Made by a program: the position numbers and the translations under genes
NCBI GenBank assembly: GCA_963745035.1
Contig: CAVUVW010000014.1
Location: forward strand, 64,001-128,000
Source of the DNA: an uncultured delta proteobacterium
GTDB taxonomy: Bacteria > Desulfobacterota > Binatia > UBA9968
Direction: 5' to 3'
DNA length: 64,000 nucleotides
In this document: piece by piece, positions 22,188 to 32,353 of the stretch
Layout: each line of letters begins with the position of its first letter
How positions within the stretch are numbered: the first letter of the stretch is position 1
Notes under the pieces: generated by a model
Databases searched by the model: none
The model's input: the letters and a program-made list of their open reading frames with translations, nothing else
Told to the model about the DNA's origin: nothing

Positions 22188-22415
22188 ATGACTCGAGTAC
22201 ATTATCTCATGCTTGCCGCGGTTTCTATTTTAGCGGCAGCCTCAATCGTCGTGTCAGGCGCTCTTGTGTTTAGGCTCCTTTTCGATGAGGTAGGAATTAG
22301 CCCACTTTTTAGCCTGCTTCTGCCTTTGGTCGGCGCCTCCCCTTTAATTTTGATAGCACTTAGATTTTTTCGGAAAGCCGAAACGGAGCGCGCAACTCAG
22401 CAAGTCCCAGTCTAA
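22188..22415 (+). CDS. Small two-TM membrane protein
   Basis: AGGAGG RBS; two hydrophobic segments. Confidence 0.6.
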   Translation: MTRVHYLMLAAVSILAAASIVVSGALVFRLLFDEVGISPLFSLLLPLVGASPLILIALRFFRKAETERATQQVPV

Positions 22416-22502
22416 TAAATTTATTCTGAATACGTGAAGCTGTAGCACGACCAAATACCCTTTGAAGTAATGGCGGCGCCGAATTTGACGAGTTCTTACA
22501 TA

Positions 22503-22688
22503 TCAAACATGTTTTGATCTGGCTGATGTATTCGTTAGACAATAGTGTGCTTTCGAAATCAGCCACGCACCGCATATCGCAGTAAAAAGCTTGAGGGTGA
22601 ATCCTTCCATCACCATTCGAAATGCTATCGTCAACGAAAATATGGCAACAGCAACAACACTGAAAACGAGTCTTGCGCGCAAAGTCAT
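22503..22688 (-). CDS. Small membrane protein
   Basis: AAGGAGG RBS; hydrophobic segments; CGGCAC-N6-TGC motif at 22745-22760. Confidence 0.5.
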   Translation of the reverse strand: MTLRARLVFSVVAVAIFSLTIAFRMVMEGFTLKLFTAICGAWLISKAHYCLTNTSARSKHV

Positions 22689-23314
22689 GATTTCCTCCTT
22701 CGTGGATGCCGCATTACTTTATCATTCCAGCTTTCGTTCGCTTGAGCACGGATTGTGCCGTGGACTTTACGGAAGTTTAAAGAGATTGAGGAAGCAAGGT
22801 GTAGGAACGGGCGCGGCAACTCTGCCTGAACGCAGCTCGTTAAATATATTCAGGCCGGATTTGAAGTCCGCTCAAGTCGGGGTGAGCACGGGTGCCGTCT
22901 ACGACGGCCATCGGGCGTAGGCTTGTGAAGGAAAACTTTATCGCACGATGTAGCGGCACTCGGCCGGAAGCTTAGCGAGCGGTGTTGAGTCGATCGATCT
23001 CGGCTTTAACTGCCGGGTCTGGTGCGCCAGTAGCGCGTGCCAAGGCGACCAATCGATATTTCAGCAAGCATCTGACGGTCGCATAAATTTCCGCTGAAGG
23101 CGCCCCGCAGTTGTTGCTGCTGTTCCTCGCGGTCGGCGCCGATGAGCAGGACCTCCGCCAGCTGGCTCAGCGTCACGTTCTCGCGGAATAGCTGAACAAG
23201 CCACGGCGGACTGCAAAGCGGATCGAGCAGATCGAGCGCTTCTTTCACCTCAGGTATATCAATCGGTCTTAGCCTACACTCCAATAAGCGTCTTCGATGA
23301 TTCTGCGATCCTCC

Positions 23315-23445
23315 AGGTCCTATCGTGTCCACGTCCATAGACAATCGATCTTTCGAGAAATGCTGTGAGAACGAGCATAAACGGTTTGCACGTAGCCCGC
23401 GAAACCGGCTCTCCGGTAACTGATAAGAATGTTAGCCTTAGGCAT
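23315..23445 (-). pseudogene. TIR domain N-terminal remnant
   Basis: ILISYRR ... MDVDTIGPG in two frames. Confidence 0.55.
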
Positions 23446-24102
23446 CAAAACACTCCACCAAGTGATTCGTTTATAATAAAACTCGACTCTCGCCGACAAC
23501 CAGAAGTCGCAATTTGTATGCTGCCATGGCATGGCTGCACGGTGCCAGCAATGGTTTTCGTCACATGCCGGATGAGCATCCAAAACCACACGAGGACGAT
23601 TGGGGATTTTCTTAGTGGATTCGGTAACTCTAATCTGGAAAAGCACATGGGGCGACGAACGCATTCGAGCCGGTACGTGAAGCGCGGTCCAACTCCGACG
23701 GCAGACAACACTCAAAACCGCTCGAAGAGCGCCCGGAAATAACCTTTCTCGCCTTCAAAACCCTATACTCGCTACAAGGTACTGCGCTCTGATCACGATA
23801 GCTTCTGTTCAGCAAGATGTTTTGGAAAACCGCAGAATATTGCGTGTAATCACCAATGCTCTGAGCCCATCGCATTCTGTTCTCGCGTGTTCCGCTCTGA
23901 GCGGCAATCAAATTTGTTCCTGCTTTCATTCATAGTGCGCGGTATTGGACAGCGCATTGTCGGTGCTGACATCTTAGTGTTAGTGTCGTCGCGCGTTGGT
24001 CACGGTCCCGAACTAGCTATGGCGATGTGCACCAACTGGGGTGATTTATTAAGTAGTCAAAGAATGACTCTCAGGTACAACGAAATACAAGGAGTCCGAT
24101 AG

Positions 24103-24609
24103 ATGCCATCAAAATTCTGCTCCGTCGCGCGAGGCAGTAATGCTTCGACAATCTTGACCGATTCCTCTGGCCAAGGAGTCGTCGAGTTTACCCTAACTTT
24201 CTTACTCTTATTGGTGGTTGCCTGGATTCCAGTGGATTTCGGTCTCGCATTTTACTCCAGCCAGCTCGCGCATAACGCCGCACGCGAAGGCGCGCGTATT
24301 GCTGCTGCCGATTTGACGCTCCTCAGCGGAACGACCAGTTGTACTCTACCGTCATGCACGGGAAACATTCTCAAGGAAACAGCATCAAGAGTTTCTGCTG
24401 CACTCCTTCCTGCCGCGACCATTGCCGTGAATTTAGAGCCCGATACGGGTACGAACTGCAATCGAATGGTAACTGTCACGGTCTCCGGAACTTATAACTT
24501 TTTCTTTTATCAATTTCTGCGTTGGTTTGGGGTTTCGGGAAATTTAAACAGCACACCAATAACACGGCAAACGCGCATGAGATGGGAAGGCCAATCTGGA
24601 TGCTCGTGA
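24103..24609 (+). CDS. TadE-like pseudopilin
   Basis: GQGVVEF prepilin motif; AAREGARIAA. Confidence 0.9.
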   Translation: MPSKFCSVARGSNASTILTDSSGQGVVEFTLTFLLLLVVAWIPVDFGLAFYSSQLAHNAAREGARIAAADLTLLSGTTSCTLPSCTGNILKETASRVSAALLPAATIAVNLEPDTGTNCNRMVTVTVSGTYNFFFYQFLRWFGVSGNLNSTPITRQTRMRWEGQSGCS

Positions 24610-24642
24610 TTCGTTGACCACTGAAACAGGGAGGGCAGAAAA

Positions 24643-25161
24643 ATGAACTCGCTAAGAGAAAGTCGCACGAAGACTGGCAATCAAAGAGGTCAGAGCATTG
24701 TCGAGATTTCCCTCATTACTCCGCTTCTATTGATAGCGATGTATATACCAGTCGATTTCGGGATTTCATTTTTTATGGGTAACCTCACGCAGACTGCGGC
24801 TCGAGAGGGTGCTCGAATCGCGAGCGGACTTCCGAAAAGCGGCGAAGTTCCAGATCTATTCTTCAGCTCCACCGAAGCCAATACGGTGAAGACAGAAGTA
24901 ATCAATCGATTGCCAACCTATCTTACGAACAAGACCGTGACAGTCACATTTTACAGCGGAACCGCATGTATGGAATTTGTCCAAGTGACGGCCCAGGGAC
25001 AATATAGATTTTCTATGTACCAGTTTATGCAATTGTTCGGCGGCAACGTTCCGGACTCCCTTACGATCTCTCGGAGCACTCAGATGCACTACAAGTATCA
25101 GCCTTACACGAATAACGATTACTGTACGGCTGCGACCACTTACGGACCCTTCTCTGCTTAA
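24643..25161 (+). CDS. TadE-like pseudopilin
   Basis: RGQSIVE motif; AAREGARIAS. Confidence 0.9.
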   Translation: MNSLRESRTKTGNQRGQSIVEISLITPLLLIAMYIPVDFGISFFMGNLTQTAAREGARIASGLPKSGEVPDLFFSSTEANTVKTEVINRLPTYLTNKTVTVTFYSGTACMEFVQVTAQGQYRFSMYQFMQLFGGNVPDSLTISRSTQMHYKYQPYTNNDYCTAATTYGPFSA

Positions 25162-25176
25162 TCGACGGAGGCTCAT

Positions 25177-26205
25177 ATGCAGTCTGTAAAAAATGAACGA
25201 GGCTATGCCCTCGTGTTTACGACTTTGATGATTGTTTTGCTTCTAATCATGGTGGGGATGGGTTTAGATACCGGCCATCTTGCGTACATCAGGTCTCAAG
25301 GACAGCCGGCCGTGGATGCGGCGGCTTTGGCTGCAGCTTCCGCCGTTCCCAGCGGAAATTGGTCGACGGTCATCGACCGAGCCGCGAAATTTAATCCCGG
25401 CGGAACCAATCCTGGAACCGGGAATAACTATCTCGACAGTCCGCACAATCAGATTAGCCAGAAAAACGTAACACTCGTGAAGTATGATAACGGAACCAAG
25501 GAATTTACGACGTCAGGAGTCAACATCAACAATGCGAATGGAGCACGAGTGGCGTTAGAGAATAACAACCCGTATGGCGGAAGTGCTGGGAAAGCCATGA
25601 AATCGCCGCTGTTTTTGGCACCTTTGTTCAATTTATTTGGTCAGCCGACAAAAACCACCGCCGATGTGAGCGTGAGCGCGGTGGCGGTCAATCAGGCCCT
25701 TCCCGGACTGCCGATCGTGGTCGTACAAGGTCTCTGCGGGAGCACTGACGCAACGCTCGATTTCCAGTCCGGTGGTAAAAGCACCGCCGGTTGGGAAACC
25801 TACCAAATCTCCAATGCGAGCACAGATGAGATTCGCGGCCTCTTCGAGAAGCTCCCTTATTGTGCGGGCCAGCCCGAAATCGATGTCGGCTATTGTGGAA
25901 ATATCGCCAACGGCGTGAATGAAACTATATATAACGGTCACATCAAGCCTATGTTCGAAGCAGATCCGAATGCCTGCTATTTGATTCCGGTCATCAAGAG
26001 CGGCGGCAACTTGACCCAGTGTCAAAAAATAACGGACTGGGCGAGTTTTTGCCCGCGATCGGAAAGCCCCGCACCCCGGGCCCGGTTTGCTCAAGGGAAG
26101 CGTCACTTGCGGCCAGAGTCCTTGGACCTCGCGCGATACGAAATGTTACGTTCAGCGCCTGGTTCGAGACAAACCTTCGGGTATGTAGGAACTTTAGGAA
26201 GGTAA
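25177..26205 (+). CDS. TadG-like pilus assembly protein (3' end possibly frameshifted)
   Basis: ERGYALV, GLDTG, AVDAAALAAA motifs. Confidence 0.85.
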   Translation: MQSVKNERGYALVFTTLMIVLLLIMVGMGLDTGHLAYIRSQGQPAVDAAALAAASAVPSGNWSTVIDRAAKFNPGGTNPGTGNNYLDSPHNQISQKNVTLVKYDNGTKEFTTSGVNINNANGARVALENNNPYGGSAGKAMKSPLFLAPLFNLFGQPTKTTADVSVSAVAVNQALPGLPIVVVQGLCGSTDATLDFQSGGKSTAGWETYQISNASTDEIRGLFEKLPYCAGQPEIDVGYCGNIANGVNETIYNGHIKPMFEADPNACYLIPVIKSGGNLTQCQKITDWASFCPRSESPAPRARFAQGKRHLRPESLDLARYEMLRSAPGSRQTFGYVGTLGR

Positions 26206-26260
26206 TTCTTTCTGTATCCCAGTACTTCATGATGGCGTACACGCGATTGGATGATCAAAC

Positions 26261-26788
26261 ATGCTGCATGCTAAATCGTTAAGAGTAATTGGCCAGGTGC
26301 TGGAAGCCGCGCGGATTCCGACCTTCGAGCTGGAGAAATATGGTCCAGAATACATGGTCTGGTGCGATTCGGTTGCGCAAGTAGCCGAGCTGGTTGTGCG
26401 AAATGCTCTCCGGCAAAAAAATGATACGCCAATTGACCGCCCAACAACTAATCGGGTCTTTTGTTTCAGCCCGGCAGACGTTTCACGGCTCGATGCCCAC
26501 GCCCAAAGACAACGACGTCATCAGTCGTCATCAGGTACGCCGGTACTGAAATTACTATCTCAAGGACTCCGTACACTCGGCGATCATTTCGACCGCATGC
26601 AGGTAGATGCTTTTCGTATCGAATGGAACGTCGGCTCAGTGAGCGTTGATTTCCAACGGCTTAACAGGGAACGCAACTGTATGACGCTCACTGCTGTGGA
26701 ACTGCAGCACCTGTGTGAGCACACGAGAGCGCAAAGGCGAAGTACAGGTCGAGTCGACAGCGGTCCACTCGGCTGGTACGAGGGATAA
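26261..26788 (+). CDS. Uncharacterised two-repeat family protein, paralog 3
   Basis: SLRVIGQVLE ... LSQGLRTLGDHFDR. Confidence 0.8.
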   Translation: MLHAKSLRVIGQVLEAARIPTFELEKYGPEYMVWCDSVAQVAELVVRNALRQKNDTPIDRPTTNRVFCFSPADVSRLDAHAQRQRRHQSSSGTPVLKLLSQGLRTLGDHFDRMQVDAFRIEWNVGSVSVDFQRLNRERNCMTLTAVELQHLCEHTRAQRRSTGRVDSGPLGWYEG

Positions 26789-26919
26789 AAAGGCGTAAAG
26801 CTGACTGCGTCCGTGTTGCGCCGGGCCGACCCGCGATAGAACTTCACCGGCTATGGGACGTTGTGATTATATCGACGAACAACATCAATCAGCTTTCGCA
26901 GATCGCGACTGAGCTCCAA

Positions 26920-27140
26920 ACGAAATTCTCCAGGATAGGTCTCCACGTGCTAGACCACCCAACGCTAGAGGGTTGAGCCAAGGAAAGCTACTAGATTGCG
27001 ACAAAGATGGCTTATGAAATGCCAACCTATCGGGTACGCCGAAGTTTCAGGCACGAAATTGTCGGCAAATCAGGGATGCGAATTTTCTGACTCGTGGGTA
27101 CCCGGCTAGGGCGAAGCTCATTGCGGAGCGGAGAGTCTAG
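26920..27140 (+). repeat. Fragment family W, copy 3
   Basis: CRQIRDANFLTRGYPARAKLIAERRV-stop. Confidence 0.8.
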
Positions 27141-27587
27141 CTAGCGGGTCATCGCCTCGCCAGCATAGTTCAGTGATAGATATCGGCGCGCTACCTCCTG
27201 AAACGTTTTCAAGGGAGTGGGCTTGTGTAATATCTCCGAAGCTCCGGCTGCGATAGCACGCTCCACCTGCACTGCCCCATGGGAAAAGGCGGTATTGACG
27301 ACCACCGGGATGTGTCTCGTGGATTCATCTGCTTTAAGCCGCGCCGTTGCTTCATCTCCTGTCATTCCCGGTAACCCGAGATCCATAAAAATGAGGTCGG
27401 GACGCTTCGCATGGACTTGTTCTATAGCATCGAGACCGGTGGCCGCTTCGGCAATCTCGTACCCCGAACGCCTGAGAATAAGCGCCAGCAAATTGCGGGA
27501 GTCACGGTCATCTTCGACCACGAGAATCCTCTTTGTGGCAGCCATGGCGTTCTCTAGTACGCACGAATGATGCCCGCCGTGATCCAT
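27141..27587 (-). CDS. Single-domain response regulator receiver
   Basis: ILVVEDD, DLIFMDLGLPGMTG, HKP. Confidence 0.9.
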   Translation of the reverse strand: MDHGGHHSCVLENAMAATKRILVVEDDRDSRNLLALILRRSGYEIAEAATGLDAIEQVHAKRPDLIFMDLGLPGMTGDEATARLKADESTRHIPVVVNTAFSHGAVQVERAIAAGASEILHKPTPLKTFQEVARRYLSLNYAGEAMTR

Positions 27588-27625
27588 CGGTCCGTGCGCG
27601 CGATGAAGGGGATCGCCTGGCGGGT

Positions 27626-27985
27626 TTAGGACGTTTTTGCCCCCACATGGACAATATGGGAGCCAGTGTCGGTGCGCGGTGTTCGACTAATATTGACCAC
27701 GGCAGGACCTAAACGAGCGGCAATTGTCCCGGCCGGCAGTAGCCCGGCTGGGAGCCGCTTGATACATGCCGGAGAGTCGTTCTCGGGCGCATTCACGAAG
27801 TTCGATACATCATGCGCTTGCATCCGCTCTGCCGGCCACGGTCGTAGTATCGAATGCGGACCATGGTTGCGCTCAAGCCACTGCCGGCCCGTTGCCTCAT
27901 CACAGATCAGGGGCATTCGGTTGTGAATCGGACTTATTAACGCGTTCGGCTCGGTCGTGATGACCGTGGAGGAGTGGAGCGCGTC
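27626..27985 (-). pseudogene. SOS response-associated peptidase (SRAP) C-terminal remnant
   Basis: TVITTEPNALISPIHNRMPLI, VSNFVNAPENDSPACI. Confidence 0.75.
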
Positions 27986-28156
27986 GCCGCCCTTGGGTGG
28001 CGCCAGGAATCCCAAAGACCCGCGAAGACGAACGGCCTCTCTGCTCATCAGATGAAACCAAACGGGACTTTGCGATCACCATCCCGCCATTTCTAATATC
28101 TCCCCTTCCGCTGATTCCGAGCAGCAAACAAGGATCGAGCTGACGGCCTCCTCGTA

Positions 28157-28471
28157 TTGGCGGGGCCGGTTCTCACTTCTCATCGGACACAAGTTCTTGA
28201 CCTCGCGACGGAGAGCCGTATTCCCGCGATATACAACTTTCCAGACTTTGTCGCAGCTGGTGGGCTCATGACGTACGGCGTGAACCAAAACGACTTATCC
28301 CGCCGCGCCGCAACATATGTGGACAAGATTTTGAAAGGGAGTAAGCCGGGAGACTTGCCCGTGGAACAGCCGACGAAATTCGAGTTGATCATCAATCTGA
28401 AAACCGCCAAGCAAATCGGCCTCACGATTCCTCCGAACGTGCTGGCACGGGCGGACCGGGTGATCTGGTGA
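28157..28471 (+). pseudogene. ABC transporter substrate-binding protein, C-terminal remnant
   Basis: GGLMTYG...RRAATYVDKILKG..PGDLPVEQPTKFELIINLKTAK. Confidence 0.85.
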
Positions 28472-29076
28472 GTTGAGTTTCCGTTCGAACCTGTACCGGC
28501 GAGGAATTTGGACGCGATTTCCCGGACCAAAGAGTGTAGAGCCATACGACTAGAGCCAACGCGGCTATGAGCAATATTAGCTTGAACAAATCTTGAAGCA
28601 CGCCGGTGAATCCCAGACGCACTCTAAGAACGCGGTCCTACGGAACGCTGCGGCTCCGCACATCGGAGTTCTTAAGCACTGGAGGTTTGTTGCCTTTTAT
28701 CACAATCCACGCCAGCCGATAACGACAGCCCACACAGCGCCCATTGACGGCCTGCACAGGCGCGTTCTTCTGCGGCTCGCGCATGGTGATCCCGACGTAA
28801 CTCCGCAGCGCGGGCAGGATCTGGCGAAGTAGCGGGGCCATGGTTTAGGTCAAAGAACCTATTTATCGTTAACGAACTTGCAGAAACAAATCATCGCCGG
28901 TTCTGATCGCCCGGTATAATGCCCCAAGTCCGACTATCTGCTGGATGATCTCGTCGCGGGTTGTTGGTTGATCTTTAAGCTGGCCCAACTCCGCCGAGAG
29001 CGAATCGATTAGCTCGGAGAGCTGTTTCAGTTGGTTATCTTTGTCCACCGGAATGCGCCTGCGCTTGACGAGGTTG

Positions 29077-29496
29077 TTATTTCCTCTGCCCGCCATAAAC
29101 GCGATCGAGCTGTTGCCAGTTGGGATCGTCCTCCAGCCACTTCGGCAATGCTCCGTTGTTTTTCACTTTAAGCCTATTTTCGAAGGCCAAGAATCGCCCA
29201 CGTAGAACTATGCTCTCCTCGTTTATGCGAAGCTTGGCCTTACGATCAGAATCGCTAAGATTCGCTTTGCTCGCCGCCGCGCGAACCGCGAGCTTTTGTG
29301 ATCTCGCTTCGAGACCTTTCCAGGCATTCGCCATGCCGTCTATTTCATTGATTAAGTTTTGCCGGTGCCGTTCCTCCGACCCTCGATAGTATGAATAGTA
29401 GGCAACGCCGAGAAGGACGGCACAGCAGAACACAGCAATGACGCTGCGGCGCATCGACGCAGCGCCACTCTTTGCCCCAAACAATCTATCAATCAT
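29077..29496 (-). CDS. Hypothetical membrane-anchored coiled-coil protein
   Basis: Hydrophobic N-term then helical body. Confidence 0.5.
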   Translation of the reverse strand: MIDRLFGAKSGAASMRRSVIAVFCCAVLLGVAYYSYYRGSEERHRQNLINEIDGMANAWKGLEARSQKLAVRAAASKANLSDSDRKAKLRINEESIVLRGRFLAFENRLKVKNNGALPKWLEDDPNWQQLDRVYGGQRK

Positions 29497-29956
29497 CGCG
29501 TGGACCGTTTTCTTGTCGCCGGCTATTTATCACTGTCGGGCGAAGATTTGAAGCCGCTCTGCCGGTGGTTAAGACCCAATGCTCCGGCAGGTTTTCCAGT
29601 GCGGCGTTCGAGCGCCGCTCCCACATCGGGGGTATCGATACCGTGCCGCTCGCATTCGACGGTGGCAGCTTCGAGTATTTTGAGAGCTTCACGAATACGC
29701 ACTTCAGGCAGAATAGCCGATTAGGCCACAGAGCTACAGGGTTTTCCTTTCCTTGGCATCGGCAAATTCTCCAGATCAAAGGCACGCCCTTACAGACGAG
29801 CAGTGGCGTCCGAATGAGGTGGACATGGACATGCATGCGCGACTGCCCTGCTGCTTTTTAACGTTGATGAATGCGGCAAAACTATTTATCGACGGGCAGT
29901 TTTCGCCTGACGGACAATATTGGCGTCAACTCTACTCGGACCGAAGAAGCTTTCCT

Positions 29957-30393
29957 TCAAAAGCTCGGTGGGAACTCGGTGTGGTCGAGCAGTCCAGTTA
30001 CCACGACATTACCCGTTCCACCTTTGTGCAGATGGAGCGTCGCAGTCACATTAAAGGTGTTATTTCCATTGTTCATAATGGACCCCTCCACCACTGTCCC
30101 GGAAAAGGTCCCGATGAGTGTCGTCAAATTCCAATTGCCGGCCAATATCGCCGAGGAGTGGAACGCCGGAGGTAAAGGGTCATGCTGTATGGAAACCCAG
30201 AAAAATCCAATCGTCCGTAGATTACTGACTTCACAGGCGCATGTTCCATTGAACACGGCCGCTTCGCAGACAAACTGAGGGCAAATCTCTATGCCTTCAA
30301 TTTCGCCGGTGATTGAGGGACTCGAAGCTAGTACGGGTATCGCTGTAACGGTAATCCAGGTTAGAACCACAATCGGCAACAAATATTTTCCCA
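29957..30393 (-). CDS. Hypothetical secreted beta-rich protein
   Basis: GGAGG RBS; signal peptide MGKYLLPIVVLTWITVTAIPVLA. Confidence 0.55.
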
Positions 30394-30707
30394 TTTCACA
30401 CCTCCGGCTTTGATCTTTAGCCTGCGGAAACAGTCTCTTCGCCTGGAGTGTCCCGGCGGTTCGTTCGCTCATGATCTCTCATAGGCTGGACGGAAAAAGA
30501 AATTCAAGAGGCTCAATTCTCGGCGGCGTACGTTGGTCGGACTATGGAACTCTTTGTCAGCGTGCTTATGTCGGTTACCCGCCAATAATGCGACATGATA
30601 TGTGTGCCATCCTTCCGCCGCAGGCATGTGTTAAGCATTTGCGGAAAACGACGCAAACGGGTTGAAACGGTACCGCGTGGAGTCCTAGACTTAGGTAGGA
30701 GTCAGAA

Positions 30708-31205
30708 GTGGCCTACGCAACATCATTACGGGTCATCGGCCAATCGTTGGAAGCCGCGAGATTAACGGTGTTCGAGCTGCGAACGGAAGGTGAAGACCTT
30801 TTAGTCGAAACCGAAGCCCTTAGCCAAACAGCCGAATGGATTCTGCGCCGCGGTCTTAATGATCATTGGAAAGAAGAAACCGATCGGTCAGCGATCAACC
30901 AGACCGTTCGATTTACGCCATTGGATATTTCTCTCCTTGACCGGCAGGCGCGGCAACAACGAGGAGCCGGCTCAACACCGAACCGACCAACATTCAAAAG
31001 ACTATCTCAACTGCTCCGAACCGTGGGCGAGCATCTTGATCGAACTGAAGCGAACAGCTTTCGTGTGCTATGGGGGTCTGCTGCGATATCGGTTGAGTCC
31101 GCGTCGGCAGACGGGCATCACGACGTCAGGACTTTTTCGGCGGAAAAACTCGAGCAGTTAGGCTCTAGTCTGCGGTTTCGGCGCTCCAGCAGGTCACGGT
31201 TTTGA
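30708..31205 (+). CDS. Uncharacterised two-repeat family protein, paralog 4
   Basis: SLRVIGQSLE ... LSQLLRTVGEHLDR. Confidence 0.8.
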   Translation: MAYATSLRVIGQSLEAARLTVFELRTEGEDLLVETEALSQTAEWILRRGLNDHWKEETDRSAINQTVRFTPLDISLLDRQARQQRGAGSTPNRPTFKRLSQLLRTVGEHLDRTEANSFRVLWGSAAISVESASADGHHDVRTFSAEKLEQLGSSLRFRRSSRSRF

Positions 31206-31911
31206 TGTTTCTCGTTGTGGAAATTGAGCCGGTTGGGCTTGGTGTGCGCTTTAGCATTACGACACGACAGCCGATAGCGTGCAGCCCACGCAGCCGAGCA
31301 GGTACGCATCATCCCCTCACGTAGGAGTCGTCATTCGCAGTTGTCTCGACCGCGTTGACCCAATCGCAGATAACTTTCGCCTCCGCTATCGATCACCTCT
31401 ACCGTTAACTGATCGCCTACTCTGAAAGCCCCCAGTGCTTCAGCAAAAAGATGATCCGGGATGGCGAGTTCTCTTTTGAGGTCTTCAGCCCGTACAAAGG
31501 AAATATCCCTGGTGCGTACATAAGCACTGCATAGCCTATTAAAAAGCTGATTTTGAACCCACCGCACGTCAGATCGCGTGAGCACCATAGCCTGAGCGCG
31601 ATGCAAAATCCGCGCTGGCCATTTAAGCCCGGTACTTTACAAGCTGGAGAAGCTCGACTGTCCTATGTATGCAACGCGGTTTGCGGTTGGAGCATGGACC
31701 TATTCAGCATTAACGCCAGCGTCTGCAAATTATGATAAGTGAGCGCATGCTACTGTCAGAATGTTGCAACGGGGCGGACAACAGCAAGCTTCGACGGGAT
31801 ATCTGACCGCTTACGGCTCGAAAGGTTATCTTCCTAAGTAGCGCGCCTTATCGTCACGACATTCACTGAGTCGGCTTGCTTTAAAATAAGTTTAGCTGTT
31901 TACTAGGTGCC

Positions 31912-32259
31912 ATGAACGTACTCGATCTCACACCCAATCAACTAAAGCGCGCGGCGTCCATCAAAGAGCAGATTAACCGCCTCAATGGTGAACTGGTCAA
32001 GTTACTCGGGGGCGCAAGCAACGAAGGCGATGGCAAGCGAAATGGCCGGCTGAGTTCCGCTGCGCGTGCCCGAATCGCTGCGGCTCAGAGATCCAGATGG
32101 GCCAAAGCGAGAAAAGCGAAAGCGGGCAAGCCCATCGTGAAATCGGCGCTGAAGAAATCCACAATGAGCGCCGCTGCTCGGGCCAGGGTGTCTGCGGGGA
32201 TGAAGAAATTCTGGAAAGCAAAAAAGGCAGGGAAGAAAACCGCGAGTAAGGGAAAGTAA
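31912..32259 (+). CDS. Small highly basic putative DNA-binding protein
   Basis: Coiled-coil N-term plus two S.AARAR(I/V)...W.. repeats; Lys/Arg/Ala rich. Confidence 0.75.
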   Translation: MNVLDLTPNQLKRAASIKEQINRLNGELVKLLGGASNEGDGKRNGRLSSAARARIAAAQRSRWAKARKAKAGKPIVKSALKKSTMSAAARARVSAGMKKFWKAKKAGKKTASKGK

Positions 32260-32353
32260 ATGCCCGGCTAGTTACTGCACCGCTTACACTTCGTATCAGC
32301 CTCAACTTCGCCCTTCTGTTTAGCGCCGCCACTCTTCCGAATCATCTCTTCCT

